Notes: generated by a model from the sequence alone, not told the origin. DNA of 64,000 bases from a virus (IMGVR_UViG_3300036831_000148:32001-96000), one strand, 5' to 3'; counted from the first letter of the stretch, positions 9,928-18,710 are shown. Numbers and translations are program-made.

Positions 9928-10067
9928 CCCGCCCCGCCCTCTTCAGGAAGACCGCTGTCAGCCTCCTGGCCAGTGCCGGCCGGGGGGCTTTCCTGTTCCT
10001 GCGGCGCGGGGTCCTCCTCGCGTACCGCCCAGCCGGGGTCCTCCTCGCGTACCGCCCACTCGCTCAC
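9924..10067 (-). CDS. small acidic peptide with duplicated WAVREEDP
   Basis: 47 aa from GTG 10067, CGATTA box 8 nt upstream; not in ORF track. Confidence 0.45.
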   Translation of the reverse strand: MSEWAVREEDPGWAVREEDPAPQEQESPPAGTGQEADSGLPEEGGAG

Positions 10068-10074
10068 GCAAGGG

Positions 10075-10308
10075 CTAATCGGGCAGGTACAGCACCAGGC
10101 CCGGGATCTCCTGCAGCACCCTGGACGCCTGGTCCAGGTCAGACGGCGCGCCGGACACCACGAGCCCGCCGTCGGTCATCGACGCCGTGTCCAGCGGCCC
10201 GAACTGGTAGCGGACGCGGTGCTCCCGCGCGTACTCGAACAGCCGGAGGACAGCCAGCGCGTAGGGGACAGTGCTGTCTGCGTACCACCGGCGCGTCTCG
10301 TCAGCCAC
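10075..10308 (-). CDS. hypothetical protein
   Basis: 77 aa, coupled to upstream gene. Confidence 0.55.
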   Translation of the reverse strand: MADETRRWYADSTVPYALAVLRLFEYAREHRVRYQFGPLDTASMTDGGLVVSGAPSDLDQASRVLQEIPGLVLYLPD

Positions 10309-11305
10309 CGCCCCCTGCCAGCCTTTTCAGTACCTGGTCAAGCTCGTGCACCGCCGCCTCCAGGAAGGCGCGGTCTGCCTCGTACTCGTCATCGGGCATG
10401 CCCCTGACCCCGGCCGCAGACACGAACGCCGGGCGCGCGGCAGCGGCGGGGCCCGGGGATACTTCGGCAGGCTGGCCCGCCCTGACGATCTCCAGGCGGC
10501 ACCGGCAGAACGGGTGCAGCAGCGGCCCCTGAAGCCTACCGTGGTAGGGGCGGGGCGGGTGCGTGTAGACGACCCGCTCGCCCGCTGGCAGGCCGTAGCG
10601 CCGCTCTCCCTGCGGCGTCCGCACGTGCATCTCCCGGTCCTGCGGCATCGCGGCCGGGCCGCCCAGGTAGGGAGTGAACGACTCGCGCAGCCCGATCGTC
10701 ACCCCGTTCAGCTTCCGGCACCAGTGGCAGCACGACGGGCTGTCCGCGTGCGCCCGCCAGCGCTTGCGCAGATCCTCCCCGGCCGCCTCGCGCTGCAGCG
10801 CCCGCGCGAGCACCGCGGCGGCGGCCCCGGATCCCTCCGCGGTGTGCAGCGCCATCCGGGAGCGGAGCGCGACCTGGCGCCCCCAGTCCAGCAGCGCGCG
10901 GCGCACCGCGCCGGCCCGCTGCTCGGCGGCGCGCTGGGCCGGGTGCTCGCCCGGCGGGGTGACCCCGGGGACGAACCGGCGCGGGGGCACCGAGGCGTGC
11001 GCGTGCCGCACCAGGCCGCGCAGGTGGCCTATATCGCCGAAGATCCTGCCGATGTCGTCCAGCAGGTGGCCCAGCACCTCGTCGTCGCCGGTCAGGTCAT
11101 CCCCGGCGTACCAGGCCGAGCGGACTAGTTCCTCTGCCTGCTGGCGCGACTCGTCCAGGGCCTCCCGCAGCACCGCGTCGGTGTCCGGGCGGCGCAGCAG
11201 GTCGTCGGCGCTGCCCTGCGGGTTGTTGCGCGTCACCAGCGCGAGGTAGCCGGCTGCCTCGGCAACTGACTGGCGGACGGCGGCAGCCAGGTCTTCCCCG
11301 GCCAC
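10301..11305 (-). CDS. MuF-like head morphogenesis/minor capsid protein
   Basis: KRW...CCHWCRKLNG...PLLHPFCRC. Confidence 0.75.
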   Translation of the reverse strand: MAGEDLAAAVRQSVAEAAGYLALVTRNNPQGSADDLLRRPDTDAVLREALDESRQQAEELVRSAWYAGDDLTGDDEVLGHLLDDIGRIFGDIGHLRGLVRHAHASVPPRRFVPGVTPPGEHPAQRAAEQRAGAVRRALLDWGRQVALRSRMALHTAEGSGAAAAVLARALQREAAGEDLRKRWRAHADSPSCCHWCRKLNGVTIGLRESFTPYLGGPAAMPQDREMHVRTPQGERRYGLPAGERVVYTHPPRPYHGRLQGPLLHPFCRCRLEIVRAGQPAEVSPGPAAAARPAFVSAAGVRGMPDDEYEADRAFLEAAVHELDQVLKRLAGGGG

Positions 11306-11792
11306 TGGCTAACTCCGGGCTGACGTCGCCGCGGAACGAGGTGCGCCGCGCCGTCAGGGTGGTGACCTCGGTAACCCGGTAGGGGTCCTCGCCAGGGCCG
11401 TGGTTGGGGGCGTACGGGCGCACCCACTCGCGCGGCCCGGCGTCGCCGTCGGCCGCGAACGCGAACTCCTCCATCCGCTCGTGCAGGTCCACGTCGCCCA
11501 GCCGGTCGAACAGCCACCGCGTCCACGACGCCTCGTTGAAGGTGGCAGGCGGCACCGGGAAGTAGTGGTTGACCGCCATCGGCTGCGCCGGGTCGTAGGT
11601 GTTGGTGCCGGACCGCTGGACGACCAGCGTCAGCCCGCGTGACTCCCCGGCGTGGCGGCCGGGCTTGTCCCGCTGGCAGTCATCCTCCAGCCACACCTGC
11701 CAGCCCAGGTAATCCCGGTACCGCAGGCGGCTCACCAGGCCGGCCAGGGTCTCGGGGTACGGGGCGGTCTGCTGCATCTGGCGCTCGGTCAC
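11097..11792 (-). CDS. hypothetical protein (coding-like portion ends at TTA codon 11310-11312)
   Basis: GTG 11792 with CGATTG box 7 nt upstream; the 70 codons after TTA overlap the next gene out of frame. Confidence 0.6.
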   Translation of the reverse strand: MTERQMQQTAPYPETLAGLVSRLRYRDYLGWQVWLEDDCQRDKPGRHAGESRGLTLVVQRSGTNTYDPAQPMAVNHYFPVPPATFNEASWTRWLFDRLGDVDLHERMEEFAFAADGDAGPREWVRPYAPNHGPGEDPYRVTEVTTLTARRTSFRGDVSPELASGRGRPGCRRPPVSCRGSRLPRAGDAQQPAGQRRRPAAPPGHRRGAAGGPGRVAPAGRGTSPLGLVRRG

Positions 11793-12100
11793 TGCCCGGC
11801 AATCGGCCCCTGGCCGGGGGGCTGGCCGGGCATGCCCGGCGGCGGGGTCGGGGCCAGGTGCGCGTAGGCGAGCCCGGAGATGGTGTCCCCCGGGCGGCAC
11901 ACCAGGGCTTGGCCGAGCTGCGGGTGGACGGCAGCGGCGCCCTTGGGCGCGGTCTTCGGCAGCATCGCCGGGTCAGGCGCGGCCGGGCCGGGCTGCCCTC
12001 CGGGCGGCGACACGCCCGCCGCGAGCTCGACCGCGCGCCCGGCGGCGATCTCCTCCACCAGGTCGCGGGCGAGCGCCATCATGGCGTCGTGCGCGCTCAC
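11789..12100 (-). CDS. hypothetical Pro-rich protein
   Basis: 103 aa, GTGA coupling to portal gene. Confidence 0.55.
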   Translation of the reverse strand: MSAHDAMMALARDLVEEIAAGRAVELAAGVSPPGGQPGPAAPDPAMLPKTAPKGAAAVHPQLGQALVCRPGDTISGLAYAHLAPTPPPGMPGQPPGQGPIAGQ

Positions 12101-13701
12101 GACCCGCCCAGCCCGTTCCCCTTGCCGCCCTGGCCGATGGCGCTGCCGCCCGCGGCCGACGTGCCGGTAGCCGAGGTCTGCGAGCCGACCGGCACCTTGA
12201 TGTGCACCACCGGCTGCTGCGGCGAGCCGCCCTTGCCTGCCTGGACCGGGTTCTGCGCCTGCTCCTGAGCCTGCTGAGCCTGCTGCCGCTGCTGGGTGAG
12301 CATCTGCTTCTGCTGCTTCTCGCGGTCGGCCTTGATCTTGTCGTAGTCAATGTCAAAGCCGAAGTCGCCCGCCAGCCGCTGCTCCAGTTCCAGCATGAAC
12401 TCGGGCGTGACGTTAGCCTGCTGTCCTGCTGTGGCGAGCTTATCGAAAGTATCCTGGATAGCCGCCTTGGCTTCCTCGGTAAGCGGGCCCCACTTGAACA
12501 GCGGGTACTTCCCGGAACCGAAGTTCCAGTCAACGAACCGCGGGAAGATGTGGTCGTTGATGACCTGCGCCATTTCCTCCAGGACGCCTTCCAGCATGAG
12601 GAAATAGGTGACATCGTCCTGCTTCCCGAAGTCGACTAGTGTGCTATCCCCCTGGCCCCCGCCCTGCTCGTTATCGAACCACTGAGCGAGAACGCTCTTT
12701 GACATCTGCGAATTGTGGTGGTTGATCAATCCCAGGAAGTCAAAGCGCGCCGCGGCCTCGTTGAGGGTCTGCACCGTCCAGTCGGCGGTGGGCAGCGCGA
12801 TGTACTGCGCGAGGCCCAACTGGGCGAGCGCCCGGATGAAGTTGTCCTTGTCCGCCTTCGGCGCATTCGGCACCATCGTGCCCACGCGCAGGCCCACGGC
12901 CGCCCTTTGCGCAGCCAGGTGGGCAATGTAGTACAGCTTTTCCTTCTTGTCGTAGTGGTAAAAAGCAGACTCGAACATGGAGACGCCGTAGAACGGGCGT
13001 TCGGCTTCCTCGTGCGCGTAGTACAGCCCGGTTTCTTTCGGGATCTTGACATCGATCGTCCGGCCCTGGAAGAAGGTCCGCTGCCGGAAGCCGTTCCACT
13101 CGCCCTGGCCGTCAACCAGGAAAGTCAGCGTCTCCGAGGGGCGCCAGTCGATCTTCCGCAGCGTCCACTTGCCCTTGTGCGGCCCGGTCTTCGGCTGCCA
13201 GTAGACCATCTCCCAGGCGCTGAACCCGTTGAAGAGGGCGAGCAGCATCTGCTTCACGAAACGGTCAAAGGAGTGGGTCATCCCGCCCTGCGCCCGCGGC
13301 GCGAACAGCAGGTCCTTGCAGAACTGGGCTTCCTCCACCCCGCCCACCACGCCGTCGGCGGGCACCACGTCCGCGTTCTTCATCGCGCTCAGCAGCGGCT
13401 TGGTGAGCAGCCGGTACAGCGCGCGGGCCTGGCCGTCGCGGCGCCGCATGGTGACCAGTTGCCGCACGGTCACCGGGTCGTCGCGGAAGATCTCCCACGA
13501 ATCGCGGTAGGGCGTGGAGAACGGGAGGAAGTACGGGACGCCGACCGCGAAGTTCTGCGCCTCCTCGGGCGGCTGCACCAGTTGCTGGTCGTCAGCGAGC
13601 TGGTAGCCCTCCTGGCCGTAGCCCTGGGAGGTGACGCCCATGCCGCCCGGGGGCTGCACCGTAGACGTGTACGAGCCCTGGCCGCCGCCTGGAGTGGTCA
13701 T
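12097..13701 (-). CDS. portal protein (Mu gp29/DUF935-like)
   Basis: 534 aa, ALFNGFSAWEMVY, PFYGVSMFESAF, INHHNSQMSKSVL motifs; CGATTA box 7 nt upstream. Confidence 0.8.
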   Translation of the reverse strand: MTTPGGGQGSYTSTVQPPGGMGVTSQGYGQEGYQLADDQQLVQPPEEAQNFAVGVPYFLPFSTPYRDSWEIFRDDPVTVRQLVTMRRRDGQARALYRLLTKPLLSAMKNADVVPADGVVGGVEEAQFCKDLLFAPRAQGGMTHSFDRFVKQMLLALFNGFSAWEMVYWQPKTGPHKGKWTLRKIDWRPSETLTFLVDGQGEWNGFRQRTFFQGRTIDVKIPKETGLYYAHEEAERPFYGVSMFESAFYHYDKKEKLYYIAHLAAQRAAVGLRVGTMVPNAPKADKDNFIRALAQLGLAQYIALPTADWTVQTLNEAAARFDFLGLINHHNSQMSKSVLAQWFDNEQGGGQGDSTLVDFGKQDDVTYFLMLEGVLEEMAQVINDHIFPRFVDWNFGSGKYPLFKWGPLTEEAKAAIQDTFDKLATAGQQANVTPEFMLELEQRLAGDFGFDIDYDKIKADREKQQKQMLTQQRQQAQQAQEQAQNPVQAGKGGSPQQPVVHIKVPVGSQTSATGTSAAGGSAIGQGGKGNGLGGS

Positions 13702-13717
13702 GCAGGGCTAATCGGGG

Positions 13718-14221
13718 TTACCTGCCAGCGCGGCGCGCCTGGGCGGCCTGGGGGCGCGTGCCCTTGCCGCGGGGCGTCTCCTCCGGCTGGTCGTCCTCCT
13801 TTTCCTCCTGCTCAGCGCGGCGCTCCCGCTCGGCCTCGTCGGCCTCGCGCTCCTGTTCGCCGCGCTCCGCGTCCGGCCGGTCCTGCGTGCCCTGGCCGGG
13901 CTGGACCTCCGGGCGGGGGCCGCCGGTGCCGGGCTCGCCCTCGTGCCGGTGCGCGCGCACGTCCTTGCCGAGGGGCGCGTCCACGATGCCCGCCAAGTTG
14001 GCCGCGCTGACGAACAGGCGGCGCCCGTCGCCCAGGAGGAGCTGCACGCCGATCAGGTTGCCGGCCTCGGCGGCGATCGACACGTCGTTGCTCGGGAGGG
14101 TCACCTCGCTGACGCCGCCCACCGGCTGCATCAGGGTAACCACGACTTCGCCCTGCTGGGCGCCGGGGACATTGCCCTGCTGGGCGCTGAACTCGTGCCA
14201 CATCGTCTGAAGGTGAACCAT
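13718..14221 (-). CDS. hypothetical protein with charged tail
   Basis: 167 aa; CGATTA box 7 nt upstream of ATG. Confidence 0.6.
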   Translation of the reverse strand: MVHLQTMWHEFSAQQGNVPGAQQGEVVVTLMQPVGGVSEVTLPSNDVSIAAEAGNLIGVQLLLGDGRRLFVSAANLAGIVDAPLGKDVRAHRHEGEPGTGGPRPEVQPGQGTQDRPDAERGEQEREADEAERERRAEQEEKEDDQPEETPRGKGTRPQAAQARRAGR

Positions 14222-14244
14222 GCCCGCGTAATCGTCCGGGCAGC

Positions 14245-14280
14245 GCAGAGCCCCCGGCCGGAGGGGAACGGGGGCTCTGC
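14245..14280 (-). terminator. hairpin terminator
   Basis: GCAGAGCCCCCG/CGGGGGCTCTGC inverted repeat just after the 14299 stop. Confidence 0.7.
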
Positions 14281-14298
14281 GGTCAGGCTATCCGGTTG

Positions 14299-15591
14299 TC
14301 AGCTAACGGGCGCGCCGACCAGCTCCAGGAACCCGTCGTTAACGAACTGCGTCGGGCCGAGGTAGGTCTTCCCGTTGGCATCCGACGCCACCGGGAACGC
14401 GGTCCACGCCGGGTTGCTGTAGAAGGTGCCGTGCGTCTCGGTGCCGCCCGGCAGGACAGAGTTGCCGTCAGCCAGGGTGTGGCTGAAGCCCTCCAGCTCG
14501 CTCGGGTCGGTGTTGTGGCCGTTGTACGGGTACGGCGGGGTGCCGCTCAGCGGGATGACCGTCTGGGTGTCGGCGATGGCGCCGGCGTCGGCCTCGTTGA
14601 ACGTCTTGCCTGGAATGGACACGCCGTTCTGGTAGCTGACGCCGGGGGCGCCCAGGTCGGTCGCGGAGAAGATGATCGTGCCCTGGGCGTACACGTGCCC
14701 GTGGAAAGTCGGGTGCGGGTTGGCCGCGTCGTAGAGGATGTCCAGGTCAACGGAGTTGTTGTCCGGGATTCCCGCCTTCAGCACGTCAAAGGTCGCGCCG
14801 GGGGTGTGCGCGGCCTTGAGCCAGGAAACCGACGGCACGGTACCGGCGGGCGGCTGCGGGGTACCTGCCGGCACCGTGAGAACCGAATTGACGTTGGCGC
14901 TCGTGCCCAGTTCGAATGTCGTGACACCAGACTTCACCACAGTGAAGTGGAACGTCTGGTTAGACGGGCTCGGGTGGATCGTGAACGTCGGCGACAGCAT
15001 CACGCCACCTGCAGGAATGGCCCCGCCGGGGATCACAACCGTTACCACAGCGCCAAGCGGCGGAGTCGGGCCGCTCGTCACGGTCAGGTTCGGAGACCCG
15101 GCCGTGTACGAGAGATCCGTGACCTCGTGCGTGAAGCTGAACCCGCTCGCCGAGTTGAGGCCGCTCGGGTTGACGATGCCGCCCTGGCACAGGTCGCTGT
15201 TGTTGCCAGCGGCAAGGTAGCCGGTGGCGTCTACCACGTCCATCAGGCCGCCGCCGACGTATACCAGCCCGATCTGGGCGGCCTGGCCGGTTCCCTGGTT
15301 GCACAGCCCGATGCCCGCCGCGCCGCCGATGCTCACGGTGCCGGTCACGGACGACACCGGCAGTTGCTCGATTGAGTGCTGGCCGTCCCCGCCGACCCGG
15401 CTCGCCAGGTGCGTGAAGTTGATGCTGTCGTTCTCGGCGTGGGCGTAGTAGCCGGAGATCGAGTCAGCGCCCGCCGGCGTGTACTGGACGGGGCCAACGC
15501 TGGCGCTCGCGGAGGCCGCAGCAGCCAGGCCGGCGCCCGCCACCAGGACGGGTACCGCAATGGCGGCAGCAAGCCGCCTGCCAATCTTCAT
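14299..15591 (-). CDS. secreted beta-rich protein (moron-like)
   Basis: Sec signal peptide MKIGRRLAAAIAVPVLVAGAGLAAAASASA; SD AGGAG; flanked by terminators. Confidence 0.7.
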   Translation of the reverse strand: MKIGRRLAAAIAVPVLVAGAGLAAAASASASVGPVQYTPAGADSISGYYAHAENDSINFTHLASRVGGDGQHSIEQLPVSSVTGTVSIGGAAGIGLCNQGTGQAAQIGLVYVGGGLMDVVDATGYLAAGNNSDLCQGGIVNPSGLNSASGFSFTHEVTDLSYTAGSPNLTVTSGPTPPLGAVVTVVIPGGAIPAGGVMLSPTFTIHPSPSNQTFHFTVVKSGVTTFELGTSANVNSVLTVPAGTPQPPAGTVPSVSWLKAAHTPGATFDVLKAGIPDNNSVDLDILYDAANPHPTFHGHVYAQGTIIFSATDLGAPGVSYQNGVSIPGKTFNEADAGAIADTQTVIPLSGTPPYPYNGHNTDPSELEGFSHTLADGNSVLPGGTETHGTFYSNPAWTAFPVASDANGKTYLGPTQFVNDGFLELVGAPVS

Positions 15592-15691
15592 ATGCAGCTC
15601 CTAAACAGTTGCGCCCCGCTCTAGAAGCAGGGCAACGAACCACTATGCCGCAGCCGTCACGCTCTTGCCACGAGTTAACCGAACTGTGACG

Positions 15692-15725
15692 CAAAAAGCC
15701 CCGCCAGTCCCGGAGGACGGCGGGG
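15692..15725 (-). terminator. intrinsic terminator closing the tRNA array
   Basis: CCCCGCCGTCC...GGACTGGCGGGG followed by CTTTTTG on minus strand. Confidence 0.75.
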
Positions 15726-15845
15726 AACATTGGGGCAACTGTAGCATGATGTGGCGGGAGGCCGGTTCCGATCTCTACCCGCGAAGCCGAGTCTCGTACC
15801 CGGCCTCCCGCCTCCACACTCTCCGCAGCGCGAGCATCATGCAAG

Positions 15846-15917
15846 TGACCCGGGGAGGACTCGAACCTCCATCCTCCGCTTAGGAGACGGTAGCCCTATC
15901 CATTGGGCGACCGGGCC
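15846..15917 (-). tRNA. tRNA-Arg(CCT)
   Basis: cloverleaf, loop CTCCTAA, GGTTCGAGTCC. Confidence 0.85.
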
Positions 15918-15918
15918 G

Positions 15919-15995
15919 TGGAGGGAGAGCCGGGAGTCGAACCCGGATGTCACGTTTTGCAGACGTGCGCCTTGACGCGCCTCGGCCACACTCCC
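15919..15995 (-). tRNA. tRNA-Cys(GCA)
   Basis: loop CTGCAAA, U73, encoded CCA. Confidence 0.85.
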
Positions 15996-16085
15996 ATGGA
16001 CGGGGCTGCACCTGAGTGCGGCAGCCTGCCCCGCTTTACTGGCCCACCGCTACCCGCTGCCAGGTCGCGGCGGTGAACTCAGTCG

Positions 16086-16158
16086 TGCGCCCGAAGGGAC
16101 TCGAACCCCCGACACCCGGCTTCGGAAGCCGGCGCTCTGTCCACTGAGCTACGGGCAC
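16086..16158 (-). tRNA. tRNA-Arg(CCG)
   Basis: loop TTCCGAA. Confidence 0.9.
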
Positions 16159-16163
16159 CTGAG

Positions 16164-16246
16164 AGGCGCGTGCAGGATTCGAACCTGCGTAGGGCAGAGC
16201 CGGCTGCTTTACAGGCAGCTCCCGTTATCCGCTTGGGTAACGCGCC
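16164..16246 (-). tRNA. tRNA-Tyr(GTA)
   Basis: loop CTGTAAA, long variable arm. Confidence 0.85.
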
Positions 16247-16247
16247 G

Positions 16248-16322
16248 TGGGGTTGGTAACGAGAATCGAACTCGTATATCTGGAGCCACAGTCCAGCGCT
16301 CTGCCGTTGAGCTATACCGACC
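16248..16322 (-). tRNA. tRNA-His(GTG)
   Basis: loop CTGTGGC, G-1:C73, CCA. Confidence 0.85.
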
Positions 16323-16323
16323 G

Positions 16324-16397
16324 TGTCCAGTGAGGGATTCGAACCCCCGACGCCTGCCGTGTGGAGGCAGCGCTCTCCCGGGCTGAGCTAACCGGAC
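16324..16397 (-). tRNA. tRNA-Val(CAC)
   Basis: loop TCCACAC (C33). Confidence 0.85.
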
Positions 16398-16457
16398 ATG
16401 AAGGACGGCAGGGGGCTGAGCTCGAAGGCGGTGTCAGCCTGCTCACCCGTCGTCCAG

Positions 16458-16530
16458 TACACGCGAGAGGACTCGAACCTCCAACGCACGGCTCCGTAGG
16501 CCGCTGCTCTATCCGTTGAGCTACGCGTGC
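16458..16530 (-). tRNA. tRNA-Arg(ACG)
   Basis: loop CTACGGA. Confidence 0.9.
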
Positions 16531-16531
16531 T

Positions 16532-16606
16532 TGGTGGGCGTACCTGGTGCCGACCCAGGGACCTCGTCTGCGTCAGAGACGCGCTCTCCCGCTGAGCTAT
16601 ACGCCC
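16532..16606 (-). tRNA. tRNA-Val(GAC)
   Basis: loop CTGACGC, atypical T-loop GTCGGCA, CCA. Confidence 0.8.
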
Positions 16607-16614
16607 TCGTTCTG

Positions 16615-16642
16615 TTGACCAGCGTCAAGAGGCGGGTACCGT
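16615..16642 (+). promoter_or_regulatory. sigmaA-like promoter with TTGAC-N4-GTCAA palindrome
   Basis: TTGACC-16-TACCGT, GTG 7 nt downstream. Confidence 0.6.
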
Positions 16643-16649
16643 TAGTTAC

Positions 16650-16790
16650 GTGGCCTACCTCGTCGTCCTCGGCATCGGCATCTGGATTGGTGCCGTCGCC
16701 GGCCTCAAGTACGGTGCCCGCCGTGCCTTCACCCGGCTCGGCCGGGCCGAGCACGGCGAGCGCATGCGCCGCTCAGGGTTCGGCAGCTAG
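16650..16790 (+). CDS. small single-pass membrane peptide
   Basis: 46 aa MAYLVVLGIGIWIGAVAGLKYGARRAFTRLGRAEHGERMRRSGFGS, GC3-rich, leaderless. Confidence 0.65.
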   Translation: MAYLVVLGIGIWIGAVAGLKYGARRAFTRLGRAEHGERMRRSGFGS

Positions 16791-16863
16791 CGGTCCTGAC
16801 GGGATTTGAACCCGCGGCCCTCCGCTCGACAGGCGGACGCTCTACGCACTGAGCTACAAGACC
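16791..16863 (-). tRNA. tRNA-Asp(GTC)
   Basis: loop CTGTCGA, G73. Confidence 0.9.
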
Positions 16864-16875
16864 ATGTGTACTGCG

Positions 16876-16948
16876 CTCTCCGACCAGGACTCGAACCTGG
16901 AACCTGCTGATTAACGGTCAGTCGCGCTGCCGATTGCGCCACCGGAGA
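16876..16948 (-). tRNA. tRNA-Asn(GTT)
   Basis: loop CCGTTAA (C33), U1-A72, G73. Confidence 0.85.
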
Positions 16949-17146
16949 TCGTAAACGCCGGGGTACCGTGCCGTTCCCGGCTCCTGGTGATACTCCGCCC
17001 GCTGGACCCGGGCCAGGCTGCAGTTCCCGGCTGTATCCGGCAGGCCCAGGCCCGCCCGAGTAAGGCCCCCGGTTGTTTAGCCCTTATCCAGCAGGGCCAG
17101 CCACGTGTTCCCCGGGGCTTTCGCCGGCCGCCAGTGCCGGGCCTCG

Positions 17147-17222
17147 TAGCGGGGGCAGGATTTGAACCTGCGTATATGCCAGGCTATGAACCTGGTGAGC
17201 GACCAAACTGCTCGACCCCGCG
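17147..17222 (-). tRNA. tRNA-fMet-like (CAT)
   Basis: CGCGGGG start with C1 mismatch, loop TTCATAG. Confidence 0.8.
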
Positions 17223-17303
17223 CCGCGCGGGGCTTAACCGGACGTGACCCGGAAGCGCACCCGCTGCTTGCGCCACGGCACCAGGGTAAGTCCGGCGCCG
17301 TCG

Positions 17304-17377
17304 TAACCCCAACCGGATTCGAACCGGTGTCGCCCTGCTTGAAGGGCAGGCGTCCTGAGCCGCTAGACGATGGGGCC
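17304..17377 (-). tRNA. tRNA-Glu(TTC)
   Basis: loop CCTTCAA (C33). Confidence 0.85.
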
Positions 17378-17469
17378 GTGCGTCCTGCCGAGCGGATTTC
17401 AGCCAGCTCCCGGCGCGGACCTCAGAATCCTGCTTTGGCGTGGCCGTCTCCCGCGTAGCAGGCTCTGCG

Positions 17470-17543
17470 TGGTCCTGGCGGGATTCGAACCCGCGCTTTC
17501 CTGCTTGAGGGGCAGACGGCTTAGACCGCTAGCCGACAGGACC
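17470..17543 (-). tRNA. tRNA-Glu(CTC)
   Basis: loop CCCTCAA (C33). Confidence 0.85.
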
Positions 17544-17548
17544 ATGTG

Positions 17549-17621
17549 TGCGCCGGGGAGGTCCCGAACCCCCGCCGCGCCGCTTAGAAAACGGCCGTTC
17601 TATCCGCTGAACTACCGGCGC
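17549..17621 (-). tRNA. tRNA-Arg(TCT)
   Basis: loop TTTCTAA. Confidence 0.8.
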
Positions 17622-17625
17622 GCAG

Positions 17626-17698
17626 TGGGCCGCCCGGGACTTGAACCCGGAACACTCGGATTAAAGGTCCGCCGCTCTGCCATTTGCGCTAGCGGCCC
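17626..17698 (-). tRNA. tRNA-Lys(TTT)
   Basis: loop CCTTTAA (C33). Confidence 0.85.
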
Positions 17699-17699
17699 G

Positions 17700-17776
17700 T
17701 GGTAGCGGTAGCCGGGCTCGAACCGGCGGCCCTCCCATTATGAGTGGGACGCTCTGACCGACTGAGCTATACCGCC
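17700..17776 (-). tRNA. tRNA-Met or Ile2 (CAT)
   Basis: loop CTCATAA, CCA encoded. Confidence 0.85.
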
Positions 17777-17777
17777 G

Positions 17778-17852
17778 TAGGCTGCCGTGGAGTCGAACCA
17801 CGCTGCTAACTGCGTATCAGGCAGTCCCCGTCAACCGGCTGGGTCGCAGCCC
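17778..17852 (-). tRNA. tRNA-Ile(GAT)
   Basis: loop CTGATAC, atypical D-arm. Confidence 0.75.
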
Positions 17853-18033
17853 TCGCTTGAAACTCGACAGCAACAGTTACCGTGTGTACGCTGTCGGATG
17901 CGAGCAGTAAAAGACGCTGCTCGTAAAGGCAAGGCACCGTCACCCTCCAGGGGCGCGGCCCGTCAGGCCTTTGGCTGCATTACGGAGGCGGCGCTCGTCG
18001 GCCCACTACAGGCGCCGCCTCACGCCAGCCTCG

Positions 18034-18119
18034 CAGAGGGTTGAGGTGCCGACCCCCACGGCCCTCCCGGGCCGCCGCCTGTTTTCTAGACAGGATGTCC
18101 CGCCGGGGACGAACCCTCC
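18034..18119 (-). tRNA. tRNA-Ser(AGA), 8/4-type fold
   Basis: CCTGT-CTAGAAA-ACAGG, long V-arm, G73, acceptor GGAGGGTT/AACCCTCT. Confidence 0.7.
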
Positions 18120-18189
18120 AGGTATCCGCGGTCACCCTCGGGCAGGTGCTCGGCCAGCCCCGACACCGGCCAGGATCGCGGCATCCAGG

Positions 18190-18273
18190 CAGAGAGCGGA
18201 CGACTCGAACGCCACGGCTTGCACCGCGAGCCCGCTAGCAACGGGTCCTGGCCGCCTGGCCAGTTCACTCTCC
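18190..18273 (-). tRNA. tRNA-Ser(GCT), 8/4-type fold
   Basis: 8-bp acceptor GGAGAGTG/CGCTCTCT, 4-bp T stem, 6-bp D stem with 4-nt loop. Confidence 0.75.
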
Positions 18274-18345
18274 AGGTGCAGGACTTTTTGAAACCGGGCG
18301 CAACCCGGGGGCGTCCTGCGTGCCCTCGCCGCCTGCGCGGCCGAG

Positions 18346-18430
18346 TGGGCGGGGAGGGATTCGAACCCTCACGTCCCTCCCGGGACACACGGTCCTGAGC
18401 CGTGCGTGGCTGCCGTTACACCACTCGCCC
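18346..18430 (-). tRNA. tRNA-Leu(CAG)
   Basis: loop CTCAGGA, long V-arm. Confidence 0.9.
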
Positions 18431-18598
18431 ATGCTCCCCGGGCTGTTCTCCCTTGACTGGTCCGGGCCCGGGGGGCCGGCAGGGAGCCAGGTCGGCGCTC
18501 GCGCGCTGAGCTTCCCGGCCTCCTGCAGGAGGCCGGTCCGCCTGGAAGTGTCTGGGTGCTCCCCGGCTGCGCGTCCGCTAGCCGGCTTGCCCCCATAG

Positions 18599-18671
18599 AG
18601 CCGACGACGGGATTCGAACCCGCGGCCCTCACCTTGGCAAGGTGATGCGCTACCAACTGCGCCACGTCGAC
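18599..18671 (-). tRNA. tRNA-Gly(GCC)
   Basis: loop TTGCCAA, U73. Confidence 0.9.
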
Positions 18672-18710
18672 AAGCCGGACGGCCAGCCGCCGTCCGGGGT
18701 TCACCGGGCG

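Noticed and set aside
18034-18119. Amber suppressor reading (CTA in the loop)
   Set aside because: The 5-bp stem places CTA at positions 32-34, so the anticodon is AGA.
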